64,000 bases of DNA from Sedimentisphaerales bacterium (GTDB lineage: Bacteria > Planctomycetota > Phycisphaerae > Sedimentisphaerales > SM23-30), in assembly GCA_963666285.1 (NCBI GenBank), contig OY762711.1; one strand, 5' to 3'. The translations under genes were made by a program, and so were the position numbers. Below the pieces are notes generated by a model that had not been told where the DNA came from, searched no databases, and saw nothing but the letters and a program-made list of their open reading frames with translations. Of this stretch, positions 47,049 through 57,496 are shown one piece after another; position 1 is the stretch's first letter; each line of letters opens with the position of its first letter.

Positions 47049-48983
47049 TCACTTTAACCAGTATCTCAAAATCCAACTCAAATCGCCAACATCAATAACA
47101 CCATCTGCTGCACAATCCATACCACCTTCAAAATAATCACTTCCAGCTCCTGCCAGCCAGCTCTCGGCCAATGCACTAAAATCTATCAGGTCGATCTTAA
47201 CATCACCGTTAACATCACCGCATATCTCCAGGCTGCCAGAAACCTCCAGTTCAAGTATAGTTGTATATGTCTGCGTCCCGCCCGGCCGCCCGACTATACG
47301 AACCTCATCGCCCGTCACCGGTTCAAATGATATCGTTATTACCTGATACATCTTATCCTTATCCAGAAGCTCGGAAAAACTCACTCCCTCAACAGACTTC
47401 TGCTCACCTTCTTGATATATCTCAACATGCATATCTTCAAAATGACCGCCCCGACGCTCGCTTGTTCTATTGTAATCATTAATACTTGCCCAGACTGTAT
47501 CACCTTCATAAAATGTCACCGCATCAAAAACAACTTTCCTCGAAAACTTAACGCCATAATAATCCTCCGCACGACCAATCCCCGCTGAGCTGTAACTGCG
47601 ATACGGCCTCACCCCGCTATAACTGTTATCCTTTATCCCATCAATAATCCCTCCCAGGTTATACAGGTCATTACCCGTATTATAATTCGCCACCATCGCC
47701 ACCGGCACAACTTCCAGACCTGCATCTAATGCTTCTATCACCAATCCATCAGGCCCGGCCGGTTCAACTTTCTCCGGTACATCTGCCGATTCTCCCAAAT
47801 CTGATATTATATAATTATCTCCTTCGACAAACCCGCCGTTCGATGCAATATTTTCCTCTGCAAGATCAGCTATCCGGTTCGCCAGTACCGTTATATCTTC
47901 ATATTGCGGCATGCCCACTTCCGGATCAGGCAAATACCGCCTGTATATATTCTGATATGTATTACTGCAAACATCGCTGCCAAACAAATCCTGCGGCAGA
48001 CCGCTCCGGCCATTCATCACACCAAGTATACCGCCGGCTATTGCCGGGTTACAGTCACAATCCCAGCCTGCCAGCACACCAACTCGCACTGTCTCTTTAT
48101 AATCTCCCTGGCCATACAGCAGACACATAACAGTCGCTCCCAGATTTACCGTCGACTCAATCCAGTTATAATACCGGCCATTAGCATAGCTGCCCCCGCC
48201 GTAATAATCATACAGCTTACGCCTGGTAGCCCGCCAGTCTGCCGCACCATCTGCCATATCTTCTTCATACCAGCTCACAACATCACTTACAACCCGGTAG
48301 CTCCTGCTGCTGACCGGCATAACTTCCATCGCCTTCGCTACCAGCACATTAACATCACTCTCAAAAAATGCATACGAATACATCGCCACCTGAAATTGTG
48401 CCGCATGTACCGCAAAACCATCATTCGATACTCCGGCAAACTTTGCTGCCAGACCTATCGCCTGCTGCGTCATTCCGGGACTTACAACCCCTAAAACTTC
48501 AGTTGTTATCTGGCTGTCAATCGAATACCAGTGCTGGTTATATCCCCGACTGCCGGTCGCTGGCGGCATAAACCCATCGCCCATCAAAAACAATGCCTGG
48601 CGATTTGATATATATATACCGTTGGTCGTTATATGAGTCAGCCATTGAGCCGCTATATCCTCACCACTAACCCCAAAACCGTGTTCTTCCAATATATGCA
48701 ATGCCACATACTCAACATCAGTATCATCATCACCCGGCCAGCTCTCACCCGGAACTTTCAAAATCCATCCAATGCTATCTGAAGGATTCCCTGTTGCTCC
48801 GGAATATTTCCCTTCGGTACTTCGCCCAGCCATATTCGCAACTATCTGGCCCAGCCACATACCTTCCGCCTTATCCACCAGCTCAGCTCTCGTCAGCTCC
48901 TCTTCTGCCAGACAAGACGCACCCAAAATCACCGCTAAAACCAGACCCAAAATTACATTTCTTCTTTCTCTCTTCATAGCCAT
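47049..48983 (-). CDS. Secreted ADP-ribosylglycohydrolase-family-like protein with a C-terminal dockerin domain
   Basis: Signal peptide; ..LAGWDCDCNPAIAGGILG.. resembles the ARH C-terminal metal-site motif (GGDTDTnaAIAGal). C-terminal dockerin-like ..CGDVNGDVKIDLIDFSALAESWL. Confidence 0.45.
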   Translation of the reverse strand: MAMKRERRNVILGLVLAVILGASCLAEEELTRAELVDKAEGMWLGQIVANMAGRSTEGKYSGATGNPSDSIGWILKVPGESWPGDDDTDVEYVALHILEEHGFGVSGEDIAAQWLTHITTNGIYISNRQALFLMGDGFMPPATGSRGYNQHWYSIDSQITTEVLGVVSPGMTQQAIGLAAKFAGVSNDGFAVHAAQFQVAMYSYAFFESDVNVLVAKAMEVMPVSSRSYRVVSDVVSWYEEDMADGAADWRATRRKLYDYYGGGSYANGRYYNWIESTVNLGATVMCLLYGQGDYKETVRVGVLAGWDCDCNPAIAGGILGVMNGRSGLPQDLFGSDVCSNTYQNIYRRYLPDPEVGMPQYEDITVLANRIADLAEENIASNGGFVEGDNYIISDLGESADVPEKVEPAGPDGLVIEALDAGLEVVPVAMVANYNTGNDLYNLGGIIDGIKDNSYSGVRPYRSYSSAGIGRAEDYYGVKFSRKVVFDAVTFYEGDTVWASINDYNRTSERRGGHFEDMHVEIYQEGEQKSVEGVSFSELLDKDKMYQVITISFEPVTGDEVRIVGRPGGTQTYTTILELEVSGSLEICGDVNGDVKIDLIDFSALAESWLAGAGSDYFEGGMDCAADGVIDVGDLSWILRYWLK

Positions 48984-49319
48984 TCATTATACCAAATCTG
49001 AACTTATTATTATAAAACCTTTTCCCAAACTGAGAAGCCATACTGATAACTTACATAACCACAATAACTTAAATCATAAATATTACCGCCATTACTAATA
49101 TACCCAGACTCTATTATCCTTAATAAACCGCCTTGCCGCTAAAAAAATTACATTTATCCAGCATATCATTACTTCTTACTATTGTTTTTTAACAAAATAT
49201 GGCATAAGATTATGAAAAGGTTAGATTTTTAATTGGTAATTTACTGGTAAGCTTTTCAATACATTTGAATATCATCAACTACTAGAAACGTTTAAATATA
49301 CTGTTTATTAGGAATTAAA

Positions 49320-50108
49320 ATGAAGAAAAAAGCTTTTACACTAATAGAGTTACTTGTTGTTATTTCTATCATAGCCCTGCTTGTATCTATCCTTATGCCG
49401 GCTCTTAACAAGGCAAGAAGGCAGGCTCAAACCGTTGTCTGCATGTCAAACCTGAAACAATGGGCCATATGTTACGAATACTATACCAGCGATTGGAACG
49501 ACAATTTCCCAATCTATGATTCTAATAACTCTAACCATAGCTACATCGAGTCTTTAGCTAAATATTATCATAATATCGACGATTTGCGAGTGTGCCCGGC
49601 CGCTAACAAAATTTCCCAACTTAACCCTACCGGCCAACAGCCGGAAAGTTATTTCGGCAGCACATCAAAGGCTTTCCAGATTGACGCGGTCAATGCAGAA
49701 TGGGCCAATTTCTCTGACAATGACCCTTACTATATCGGAAGTTATACCGAAAATTCCTGGATTAGAAAACGCGACGGTTTCACTAATTGCTGGGTAAAAG
49801 CCAACGGACTGAAAAAAGCGTCAACAATACCTCTAATCCTGGACGGTAGATGGCATGACAGTTGGGTCACAGACGAAATCCCGACTGCTCCCAATCCGGC
49901 CAATGAAAAGAGTTTCTACAATCACAGCAACTGGGATTCCATTAGAACTTTCATGATGAGAAGACACAACAGGGGAATACAGGGCGCCATGGCTGACTCA
50001 TCAGTTGCCAATATTGAGGTCGAAGACCTATGGACCTACGACTGGCACAGAAGCTTCGATAAAAACTTCGATGTCGATGAATTCACATGGCTAAAGGACC
50101 CTTTCTAA
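49320..50108 (+). CDS. DUF1559-type protein with a prepilin-like N-terminal cleavage/methylation helix
   Basis: MKKKAFTLIELLVVISIIALLVSILMPAL; this architecture is extremely abundant in Planctomycetes. Confidence 0.75.
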   Translation: MKKKAFTLIELLVVISIIALLVSILMPALNKARRQAQTVVCMSNLKQWAICYEYYTSDWNDNFPIYDSNNSNHSYIESLAKYYHNIDDLRVCPAANKISQLNPTGQQPESYFGSTSKAFQIDAVNAEWANFSDNDPYYIGSYTENSWIRKRDGFTNCWVKANGLKKASTIPLILDGRWHDSWVTDEIPTAPNPANEKSFYNHSNWDSIRTFMMRRHNRGIQGAMADSSVANIEVEDLWTYDWHRSFDKNFDVDEFTWLKDPF

Positions 50109-50278
50109 ATAATTTTAATTCTCACGAACTGAATTAGCCAATACTACAATCTATCTTCACAACAATCTTATTCTTTGCACCGGCTTAAACAAAATATTAG
50201 CCGCAATCCGAAGCATTTAAAAAATCATCTAAGCGGCACCACAAGAAATTCTAACTATTCAGTTAGAGTTTCATTATT

Positions 50279-50510
50279 AGTTTACTTTCGCAGTTTTTAA
50301 GTTGCAATAACAAAGTGCCTCTGGTAAATCGCCTAAAAGGGCCTTCCTGCAACGCTTTGAATTTAAACAAAATGTGAGACGAAAGTCGAACACCTTAATT
50401 TTTCACTATTCATTATTCATTTTTCACTTAATTGGCCCTGTTCTGGCCTTTGCGTGTAATGTTGAACAGTCAAATGTGCGCCATGCATATGATGCAAAGC
50501 ATAAACCACA
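50279..50510 (+). repeat. R-family repeat, copy R6 (modules A+B, about 90% identical to R3)
   Basis: TTTACTTTCGCAGTTTTTAAGTTGCAATAACAAAGTGCCTCTGGTAAATCGCCTAAAAGGGCCTTCCTGCAAC ... TTGGCCCTGTTCTGGCCTTTGCGTGTAATGTTGAACAGTCAAATGTGCGCCATGCATATGATGCAAAGCATAAACCAC. Confidence 0.55.
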
Positions 50511-50582
50511 TTATTACATTCTCTGTTTTTATATCTTGTAGTGTTTTCTTTCTCCAACTCACCTGTTCTACTATCTAGCGGC

Positions 50583-52517
50583 TTACAAGCCACTTAGCCA
50601 GTTCTCCAGTAGAATTGCCAGGTCAAACATATCAACCCTGCCGTCACCGTTGATATCACCAGCATATCTTGTAGCACCAACACCTATATGGAGAATCGGA
50701 TAACCGTAGCTGTCGCTCATTTGCCATGTATCTGCGAAATCCCAGCCGGTGAAATTTGACTCATCTGCCATTTCCTCGCTGGTTAGCCCCGTTCCGCCTC
50801 CAATGCTGTTGCATCCTGATCTGTTTTTATCCCAAAATGATTCTGTAATAGATGTATTATCTGGAATAAGACCAGTCAGGCCACCTGCAACATTTGTACT
50901 GCTATCGTCAATTCCTATAAACTTTCCGGCAAAATGACAATGAATAATCTCCCCATCATATGTGTTGTCTCCGACCAGGCCGCCAGTAAATCTTGGAAAA
51001 GCACAATCTATAGCTTCAATATCCATGGTAGAATAGCTGTCTGTGATAATCCCTTCATAGCCTTCAACACCAATGTTTTGCCCCACCAGTCCGCCAATAC
51101 ACTCAACACTATCTGTCAAGTTGGAAATAAATTTTCCTTGTGTATAACATCTATTGATGCTGCCCAAATTCTTTCCTACCAGTCCTCCAATAGACATATT
51201 TGCTGAATATAAACCACTTGGCGTTTCCAAAGTACCGTTAACGCAACAGTCTTCGATCGTTCCTTCATTCCATCCAACCAAAATGCCGGCTCCTTCATAT
51301 CCCGTTCCCGGAAAATTAAAATTAACATTTTCCAGGTACAGATTCTTTATTACAGCTGACGAAGTTGTCCCATAAAACAAACCATTACTTCCAGTCTTAA
51401 TTCCCATGTTATGAATAGTGTAACCATTTCCATCAAATACTCCCTGAAACCAACCTCCACCATGACCATCTTCCGGAACTCCTATACTCGGCATCGCCAC
51501 TGATACTGGAAAGTAAATATCCTGCGTCATAATGAGATATTTGTCCTTGCTCCAACCGCTATAAAAATATGCCAACTCTATCAGATCATCTACCCTGGAG
51601 ATCTGATAAGGGTCATCGGCAGTTCCGCTGCCGCCGCTGAAAGTACCTGTCGAGCAGACATTACCAACTCCATCTCCATCACTATCTGCCTGGTCCGGAT
51701 TTGGCCTGGAAGGACAATTATCAAGACAATCTATCAGGCCATCACCGTCACTGTCACCACAGGTCTCGGAAATAGTATTATCGCCGCCGTCTGTATAGTC
51801 TCCTGTAATATTTGAAGGAGTATTCTGACAAATAACGCAATCTGTTATTGTTATATTTGTTCCGCTTTCGCAATGGATACCGCCCGCATTAGTATTGGTT
51901 GCTATATTGTCAACAAAAATGCAGCTGGTGATCGTCACCGTTGAGCTGCTCGTATTACGCATCGCGCCGCCATTATTTTCTGATATGTTTGCAGTGAACG
52001 TGCAATTTAAAATAGTCACCACAGCACTGTTTCGATTTAACATTCCACCACCACAGTAAAAAGTATTTTCATTGAAAGTACAGTTAGTGATGGTTACTGA
52101 AGAGCTGTCATTCAATATCCCGCCGCCATAATTGGCTGTATTAGATTCAAAAATACAGTTGGCAATCTCAACGGTAGAGTTGAGATTATACATCCCGCCG
52201 CCCCGATATGCATCACCTTTGGTTATGGTAAATCCTTCCAGCCTTATTCCTTCTGTACAATCCTGACAGAAGATAACTCTATCGGTCCCGTTGCCATCAA
52301 TTATGGTGATATCTTTACCTGCCCCGATAAGCTCAACACCATCTTTCAGGACAATATTCTCGACATACGTTCCCGCTGCCACATTAACCGTATCTCCGCT
52401 AGCTGCGGCATCAATCGCCGTCTGGATAGTTGTATAATCATCGGGTACGTTTATTGTACTGGCATTTAAAATAGGACCGCACAAACATAATATTAAAAGT
52501 ACTTGTGTTAATTTCAT
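50583..52517 (-). CDS. Secreted right-handed parallel beta-helix repeat protein with a TSP3-like Asp-rich segment and a C-terminal dockerin
   Basis: Signal peptide. Periodic ..N.TF..N.A..GGG..N.. beta-helix turns; DSDGDGLIDCLDNCPSRPNPDQADSDGDG; C-terminal GDINGDGRVDMFDLAILLENWL. Confidence 0.6.
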   Translation of the reverse strand: MKLTQVLLILCLCGPILNASTINVPDDYTTIQTAIDAAASGDTVNVAAGTYVENIVLKDGVELIGAGKDITIIDGNGTDRVIFCQDCTEGIRLEGFTITKGDAYRGGGMYNLNSTVEIANCIFESNTANYGGGILNDSSSVTITNCTFNENTFYCGGGMLNRNSAVVTILNCTFTANISENNGGAMRNTSSSTVTITSCIFVDNIATNTNAGGIHCESGTNITITDCVICQNTPSNITGDYTDGGDNTISETCGDSDGDGLIDCLDNCPSRPNPDQADSDGDGVGNVCSTGTFSGGSGTADDPYQISRVDDLIELAYFYSGWSKDKYLIMTQDIYFPVSVAMPSIGVPEDGHGGGWFQGVFDGNGYTIHNMGIKTGSNGLFYGTTSSAVIKNLYLENVNFNFPGTGYEGAGILVGWNEGTIEDCCVNGTLETPSGLYSANMSIGGLVGKNLGSINRCYTQGKFISNLTDSVECIGGLVGQNIGVEGYEGIITDSYSTMDIEAIDCAFPRFTGGLVGDNTYDGEIIHCHFAGKFIGIDDSSTNVAGGLTGLIPDNTSITESFWDKNRSGCNSIGGGTGLTSEEMADESNFTGWDFADTWQMSDSYGYPILHIGVGATRYAGDINGDGRVDMFDLAILLENWLSGL

Positions 52518-52573
52518 TTTTATATCCTTTTGTTTTATCTTTCTTTTATTTTCCTGATCTCAATATCTGTTTC

Positions 52574-55024
52574 TTACAAACCGCTCAGCCAGTTTTCTGC
52601 AAATACCGCAAGGTCTGCCAGATCTACTTTGCCGTCCCCGGAAAAATCGCCGGTGATCTGTTCAGAGCTATGGAATTCATACGCACCCAAGTCAATAGGC
52701 AATATAATTCCAGTTCCATACAATATTAATTCTTGTGGCATTCCTGTATTTTCTACAGTTAGAATATCAATTATGCGAGGGTTACCATAATAGTCATATG
52801 CTGATGCTGTCATATCTAAACCTAAAACAGTGCTGTTGCCGGCATCAATACAAGGCGAAGCGGGTAATAACCTCAAGTCACCATTGTCATCATTAGCTGA
52901 TTCATCTATATCTTCGGTTTCCGGGTCATCTCCCCATCCGTCACCTCCATCATCCGGATTACGCACATACATCGGGTCACAGTCTATATTACCACCGCCA
53001 TTAGTACCCCAGGAATTATCCCATTGGCTGCCGTTTTCGCCGCAGCCGGAGATATTACAATATGAAATAACAGGTATTGAACCTGAATCACTATTATAAA
53101 ATTCGCTGGCGCTGTTAGAATCTGTATCCAAAAATATACAATTAGTTATAGCCGGACTGCTGTCTGTATTATATATCCTGTTGCCATTAGTGCTTGCGGT
53201 ATTGCCGAAAAAGTTACAGTTGGTTACGGTTGGATTAGATGATGAATTATATATTCCGCCGCCGGAATCTGCCATATTACCGGTAAAGATACAGCTGGTT
53301 ACTGCTGGAGAAGATGATGAATTGTATATTCCACTGCCGGAGTCTGACCTGTTGGCGGTAAAGACACAATTGCATACTTCCGGTGTAGATTGGAAATTGT
53401 ATATTCCGCTGCCAGAGTCCGACCTGTTGGCGATAAAGGTGCAATTATTAACTGTCGGGGAGGAGTCTTTATTATACATTCCACTGCCATTATAAGATGC
53501 TGTATTGTTGCTAAAGGTGCATCTGTTAACTGTTGTTGAGCTGGTAGATAAAAAATATATTCCACTACCGTAATATGCGCTATTGCCGCTAAAGATACAA
53601 TTTCCCATCGTAAGAGAAGATTGGTAATTATACATTCCACCGCCGCTATCGTCTGTCACATTGTCTTTGAAAGTGCAGGATTCCATAGTTATAGTGCAAT
53701 TAAAATTGAATACGCCACCCCCATAATAGCTTGCTATGTTGTCTTTGAAAGTGCAGGATTCCATAGTTGGAGTGCTACTAGCATTGTTTACGCCACCACC
53801 ACGATTTGCAGAATTATTAGTGAATGTACAATTTGTAATAGTTGGGCTGGAAAAAATATTAAATATTCCACCGCCATCATAACTTACTGTATTATCCTGG
53901 AATGTACAGTTAGTTATTGTTGGCGATGAATTATTAATGTATATACCGCCACCACAGTAAAGGGTATCGACCATATGGACCGTTCCGGAGCCATTTGTTA
54001 TTACAAAGCCGCTGATTACTGTATTGGAACCCTCTTTGCTATTACAAGTGATAACACTGCCGTTTGCTCCGCCATCTATTATTGTTGCTGCTATTGTATC
54101 TGGATCTTCCGGGGCGCTGCTTTGCAGGGTTATAGCCTTGCCGCTCATATTAAGATTTTCGACATATGTACCAGGCATAACCGTTAAAATATCGCCGTCT
54201 GCCGACGCATTAATTGCTTCCTGGATGCTTCGATAATCAGCCGAATTATTTGTGTCAATATCGATACGGTAATCGAGGTTATTTCCGCCGCCGTCTGTAT
54301 AATCACCTGTGATATTTTGCGGAAAATTGCGAGCCAGCGTACAGCCGGTAATCGTAACACTTGTTCCACCTTCACAAAAGATGCCGCCTGCATTAGTATT
54401 GGTCGCTATATTGTCAGTAAAAATGCAGTCGGTAATCGTAACTGTTGAACTGCTCGTATTGCGTATTGCACCACCGTTATTTTCTGAGGTATTTGCAGTG
54501 AACGTGCAGTTTGAAATAGTAACCTCAGCACTGTTCCGATTTAACATTCCACCGCCGCAGTAATAAGTATTTTCGTTAAAGGTACAGTTAGTAATAGTTG
54601 TAGAAGAGCTGTCATTGAGCATCCCGCCGCCGTATTTGGCAGTATTTGATTCGAAAATGCAGTTTGCAATCTCAATTGAAGAATTAAGATTATACATCCC
54701 GCCGCCCCGATATACATCACCATTTTTTATCGTAAATCCTTCCAGCTTTGTTCCTTCTGTACAATCTTCACAGAAGATAACTCTATCGGTCCCGTTGCCA
54801 TTAATTATGGTGACATCTTCACCTGCTCCGATAAGCTCAACACCATCTTTCAGGACAATATTCTCAATATACGTACCAGCCGCCACATTAATAGTGTCAC
54901 CACTAACCGCGGCATCAACCGCCGCCTGGATGGTCCCATAATCCTCCGGCACATGTATCACAGCAGAAAATAGTGAACTAACACATAAAAGTAAAAACGC
55001 ACAGGTAAATACCGACTTCTTCAT
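52574..55024 (-). CDS. Secreted right-handed parallel beta-helix repeat protein with a C-terminal dockerin (tandem paralog of 50583..52517)
   Basis: N-terminal 250 aa about 80% identical to the neighbouring gene. About 20 beta-helix coils (NCTF.DN.A..GGG..N); C-terminal GDFSGDGKVDLADLAVFAENWL. Confidence 0.6.
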   Translation of the reverse strand: MKKSVFTCAFLLLCVSSLFSAVIHVPEDYGTIQAAVDAAVSGDTINVAAGTYIENIVLKDGVELIGAGEDVTIINGNGTDRVIFCEDCTEGTKLEGFTIKNGDVYRGGGMYNLNSSIEIANCIFESNTAKYGGGMLNDSSSTTITNCTFNENTYYCGGGMLNRNSAEVTISNCTFTANTSENNGGAIRNTSSSTVTITDCIFTDNIATNTNAGGIFCEGGTSVTITGCTLARNFPQNITGDYTDGGGNNLDYRIDIDTNNSADYRSIQEAINASADGDILTVMPGTYVENLNMSGKAITLQSSAPEDPDTIAATIIDGGANGSVITCNSKEGSNTVISGFVITNGSGTVHMVDTLYCGGGIYINNSSPTITNCTFQDNTVSYDGGGIFNIFSSPTITNCTFTNNSANRGGGVNNASSTPTMESCTFKDNIASYYGGGVFNFNCTITMESCTFKDNVTDDSGGGMYNYQSSLTMGNCIFSGNSAYYGSGIYFLSTSSTTVNRCTFSNNTASYNGSGMYNKDSSPTVNNCTFIANRSDSGSGIYNFQSTPEVCNCVFTANRSDSGSGIYNSSSSPAVTSCIFTGNMADSGGGIYNSSSNPTVTNCNFFGNTASTNGNRIYNTDSSPAITNCIFLDTDSNSASEFYNSDSGSIPVISYCNISGCGENGSQWDNSWGTNGGGNIDCDPMYVRNPDDGGDGWGDDPETEDIDESANDDNGDLRLLPASPCIDAGNSTVLGLDMTASAYDYYGNPRIIDILTVENTGMPQELILYGTGIILPIDLGAYEFHSSEQITGDFSGDGKVDLADLAVFAENWLSGL

Positions 55025-55228
55025 AATCCATTCCTCACACTAAACTTACAGCTTCTCATTTTCCTTAAAGCCCAAATTGTTATTCCCAGAACAAGTTATT
55101 ATAACATAATATCGGCATTTTTATAAGACGATTCCAGTTCAATATACCATCGCCGCACTAATACCGAAAAAAAAGAGCCCGCCATTTCTGACGAGCTCTC
55201 ATATACATAAATATTATTATGCTGTCTT

Positions 55229-55288
55229 AGTTTACTTTCGCAGTTTTTAAGTCACATAAATCGCCTAAAATAGCCTTCCTGCAACACC
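55229..55288 (+). repeat. R-family repeat, copy R7 (module A only)
   Basis: TAGTTTACTTTCGCAGTTTTTAAGTCACATAAATCGCCTAAAATAGCCTTCCTGCAAC. Confidence 0.45.
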
Positions 55289-55314
55289 TTTCTTCCTGCT
55301 AAACACGCAAACTA

Positions 55315-57423
55315 CTACTTCGTATTCTCTACCATAAACGCATAAATATCTGCGATCTCATCTATCAGCTTGCTCGTTGGCTTGCCGCTGCCGTGACCGG
55401 CCTTGGTCTCAATTCGGATCAGCATCGGCTCTTCACCCTTATACACATGCTGCAATCTCGCCGCAAACTTGAACGAATGGCCCGGCACAACCCTGTCATC
55501 TGTATCAGCTGTCATCACCATCGTCGCTGGATACGCCACTTCCGGCCTCAGATTATGATACGGCGAATAACTCAGCAGATATTCAAACATCTCCTTACTC
55601 TCTTTTGCACTGCCGTACTCATCCACCCAGAACCGACCCGCGGTAAAATTATCAAACCGCAGCATATCCATTACACCAACCTCCGGCACCGCCGCGCCAT
55701 ACAGCTCAGGCCTTTGAACCATAACAGCTCCTACCAGCAGCCCGCCATTGGAACCGCCCAAAATCGCGATCTTACCGGCACTGGTATACTTCTCCTTGAT
55801 CATATACTCAGCCGCCCCGATAAAATCATCAAATACATTCTGCTTCTTAAACCGCTTACCGGCCTCATGCCAATCCTCGCCATACTCACCGCCGCCCCGC
55901 AGATTAACAGTTGCCACCACAAAACCATTCTCCATCAACACCTGCCTGCCCAAACTATACCCCGGCTGCAGTGATATACTGAAACCACCGTAACCGTACA
56001 GCATCGTCGGGTTACTGCCGTCCCTCTTCATACCCTTCATATAAGAAACAAACATCGGAACCTTTGTACCGTCCTTCGATTCAAAAAATATCTGTTCGGT
56101 CACAAACTTATCCGGATCCATCTTCGCTTTACTCTTCTCCATCAGCGTAGAAGTTCCTGTCTCCATATCATACCTGAAAATTGATGGCGGTATATCATAT
56201 GACGAAAAAGCATAGAACGTCTCCTTATGATATCGCCTGCCGCCGAATCCGCTGCCGGTACCAACCCCCGGCATCTTAATATCCCGTACAAACTCACCTT
56301 CCTTACTATATACCTTCACCTGAGTCGTCACATCCTTCAGATACTTGCACAAAAACTGCTCGTTTACCATATTTACGCCGTCCAGCGTCTCCTTCTCCTC
56401 CGGCACAAGCTCTATCCAGTTCTCCGGCTCCGGATGATTTACATCCATCGCTATCACCCGCCCCATCGGTGCATCCCGGTCAGTCTGAAAATAGAATATA
56501 TTATCATCATTCTCCAGCAAATAATAACTGTTCTCAAACTCACTTACCAGGTAAGTAAACTCGCTATCCGGATTCTGCAGATCCTTATACAACACCCTGT
56601 ACTTATCATCCGTCCCCACACTAATAGTAATCAGTAAATAGCGACCGTCATTTGTCTCACCCGCCCAGAAATTCCATTTCGGATTCTCCGGGTTCTCATA
56701 TACCTGCCTGTCAGCCGACCGCGGCTCGCCCAGCTTATGATACATTATCTTCTCATTCGTATTCAACGATGTAAACTTCTCGCCCTCTGCCGGCGCCGGA
56801 TACTCACCATAATAAAACCCCTCTCCCTTTTGATCCCACGAAGGGCTCGTAAACTTCAGATCCTCCATCACATCCGGCAGATCCTTGCCGCTGGCAACCT
56901 CGCGTATCTTCCATGTCCGCCAGTCAGAACCGGATTCCTGGATACCATAAGCCACATATCTGCCGTCATCACTAAACGACATCCCCGCCAGCGCTACCGT
57001 ACCATCATCCGACCAGGTATTAGGATTAAATAAAACTTCCTTCTCACCATCCAGAGATTTCATTTTATATACAATCGAATGGTTATCCATACTATGACGC
57101 ACCGACTGGATATAATAGTCGCCATGCCGGCTCGGCACACCAACCTTATCATAATCCCACAGCTCGGTCAGCCGCTCTTTTATCTGCTCACGTTCCGGGA
57201 TACCATCCAGGTACGCACGAGTTATCTCGTTCTGATGCTCTACCCATTCACTCACCCGCTCGCTCTCACGCACATCTTCTTCCAGCCAGCGATACGGATC
57301 CGACACCTTTACGCCAAAATATTCATCCACCTGGTCTACCCTCTCTGCCTTCGGATATTCTATCGAAGGCGAACATGAAACACATCCAACTATCAATAAT
57401 AAATATAGACTCTTCTTCAACAC
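55315..57423 (-). CDS. Prolyl oligopeptidase (S9A family serine peptidase)
   Basis: 702 aa; lipoprotein-like start; beta-propeller then peptidase domain with GGSNGGLLVG (catalytic Ser) and DDRV..H. Confidence 0.8.
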   Translation of the reverse strand: MLKKSLYLLLIVGCVSCSPSIEYPKAERVDQVDEYFGVKVSDPYRWLEEDVRESERVSEWVEHQNEITRAYLDGIPEREQIKERLTELWDYDKVGVPSRHGDYYIQSVRHSMDNHSIVYKMKSLDGEKEVLFNPNTWSDDGTVALAGMSFSDDGRYVAYGIQESGSDWRTWKIREVASGKDLPDVMEDLKFTSPSWDQKGEGFYYGEYPAPAEGEKFTSLNTNEKIMYHKLGEPRSADRQVYENPENPKWNFWAGETNDGRYLLITISVGTDDKYRVLYKDLQNPDSEFTYLVSEFENSYYLLENDDNIFYFQTDRDAPMGRVIAMDVNHPEPENWIELVPEEKETLDGVNMVNEQFLCKYLKDVTTQVKVYSKEGEFVRDIKMPGVGTGSGFGGRRYHKETFYAFSSYDIPPSIFRYDMETGTSTLMEKSKAKMDPDKFVTEQIFFESKDGTKVPMFVSYMKGMKRDGSNPTMLYGYGGFSISLQPGYSLGRQVLMENGFVVATVNLRGGGEYGEDWHEAGKRFKKQNVFDDFIGAAEYMIKEKYTSAGKIAILGGSNGGLLVGAVMVQRPELYGAAVPEVGVMDMLRFDNFTAGRFWVDEYGSAKESKEMFEYLLSYSPYHNLRPEVAYPATMVMTADTDDRVVPGHSFKFAARLQHVYKGEEPMLIRIETKAGHGSGKPTSKLIDEIADIYAFMVENTK

Positions 57424-57496
57424 TATCCTATATTCCTTTCGAAATTATCTCATCAATATTCAATCTCGCGTCAGCGACACAAACAACTTCTTACTT

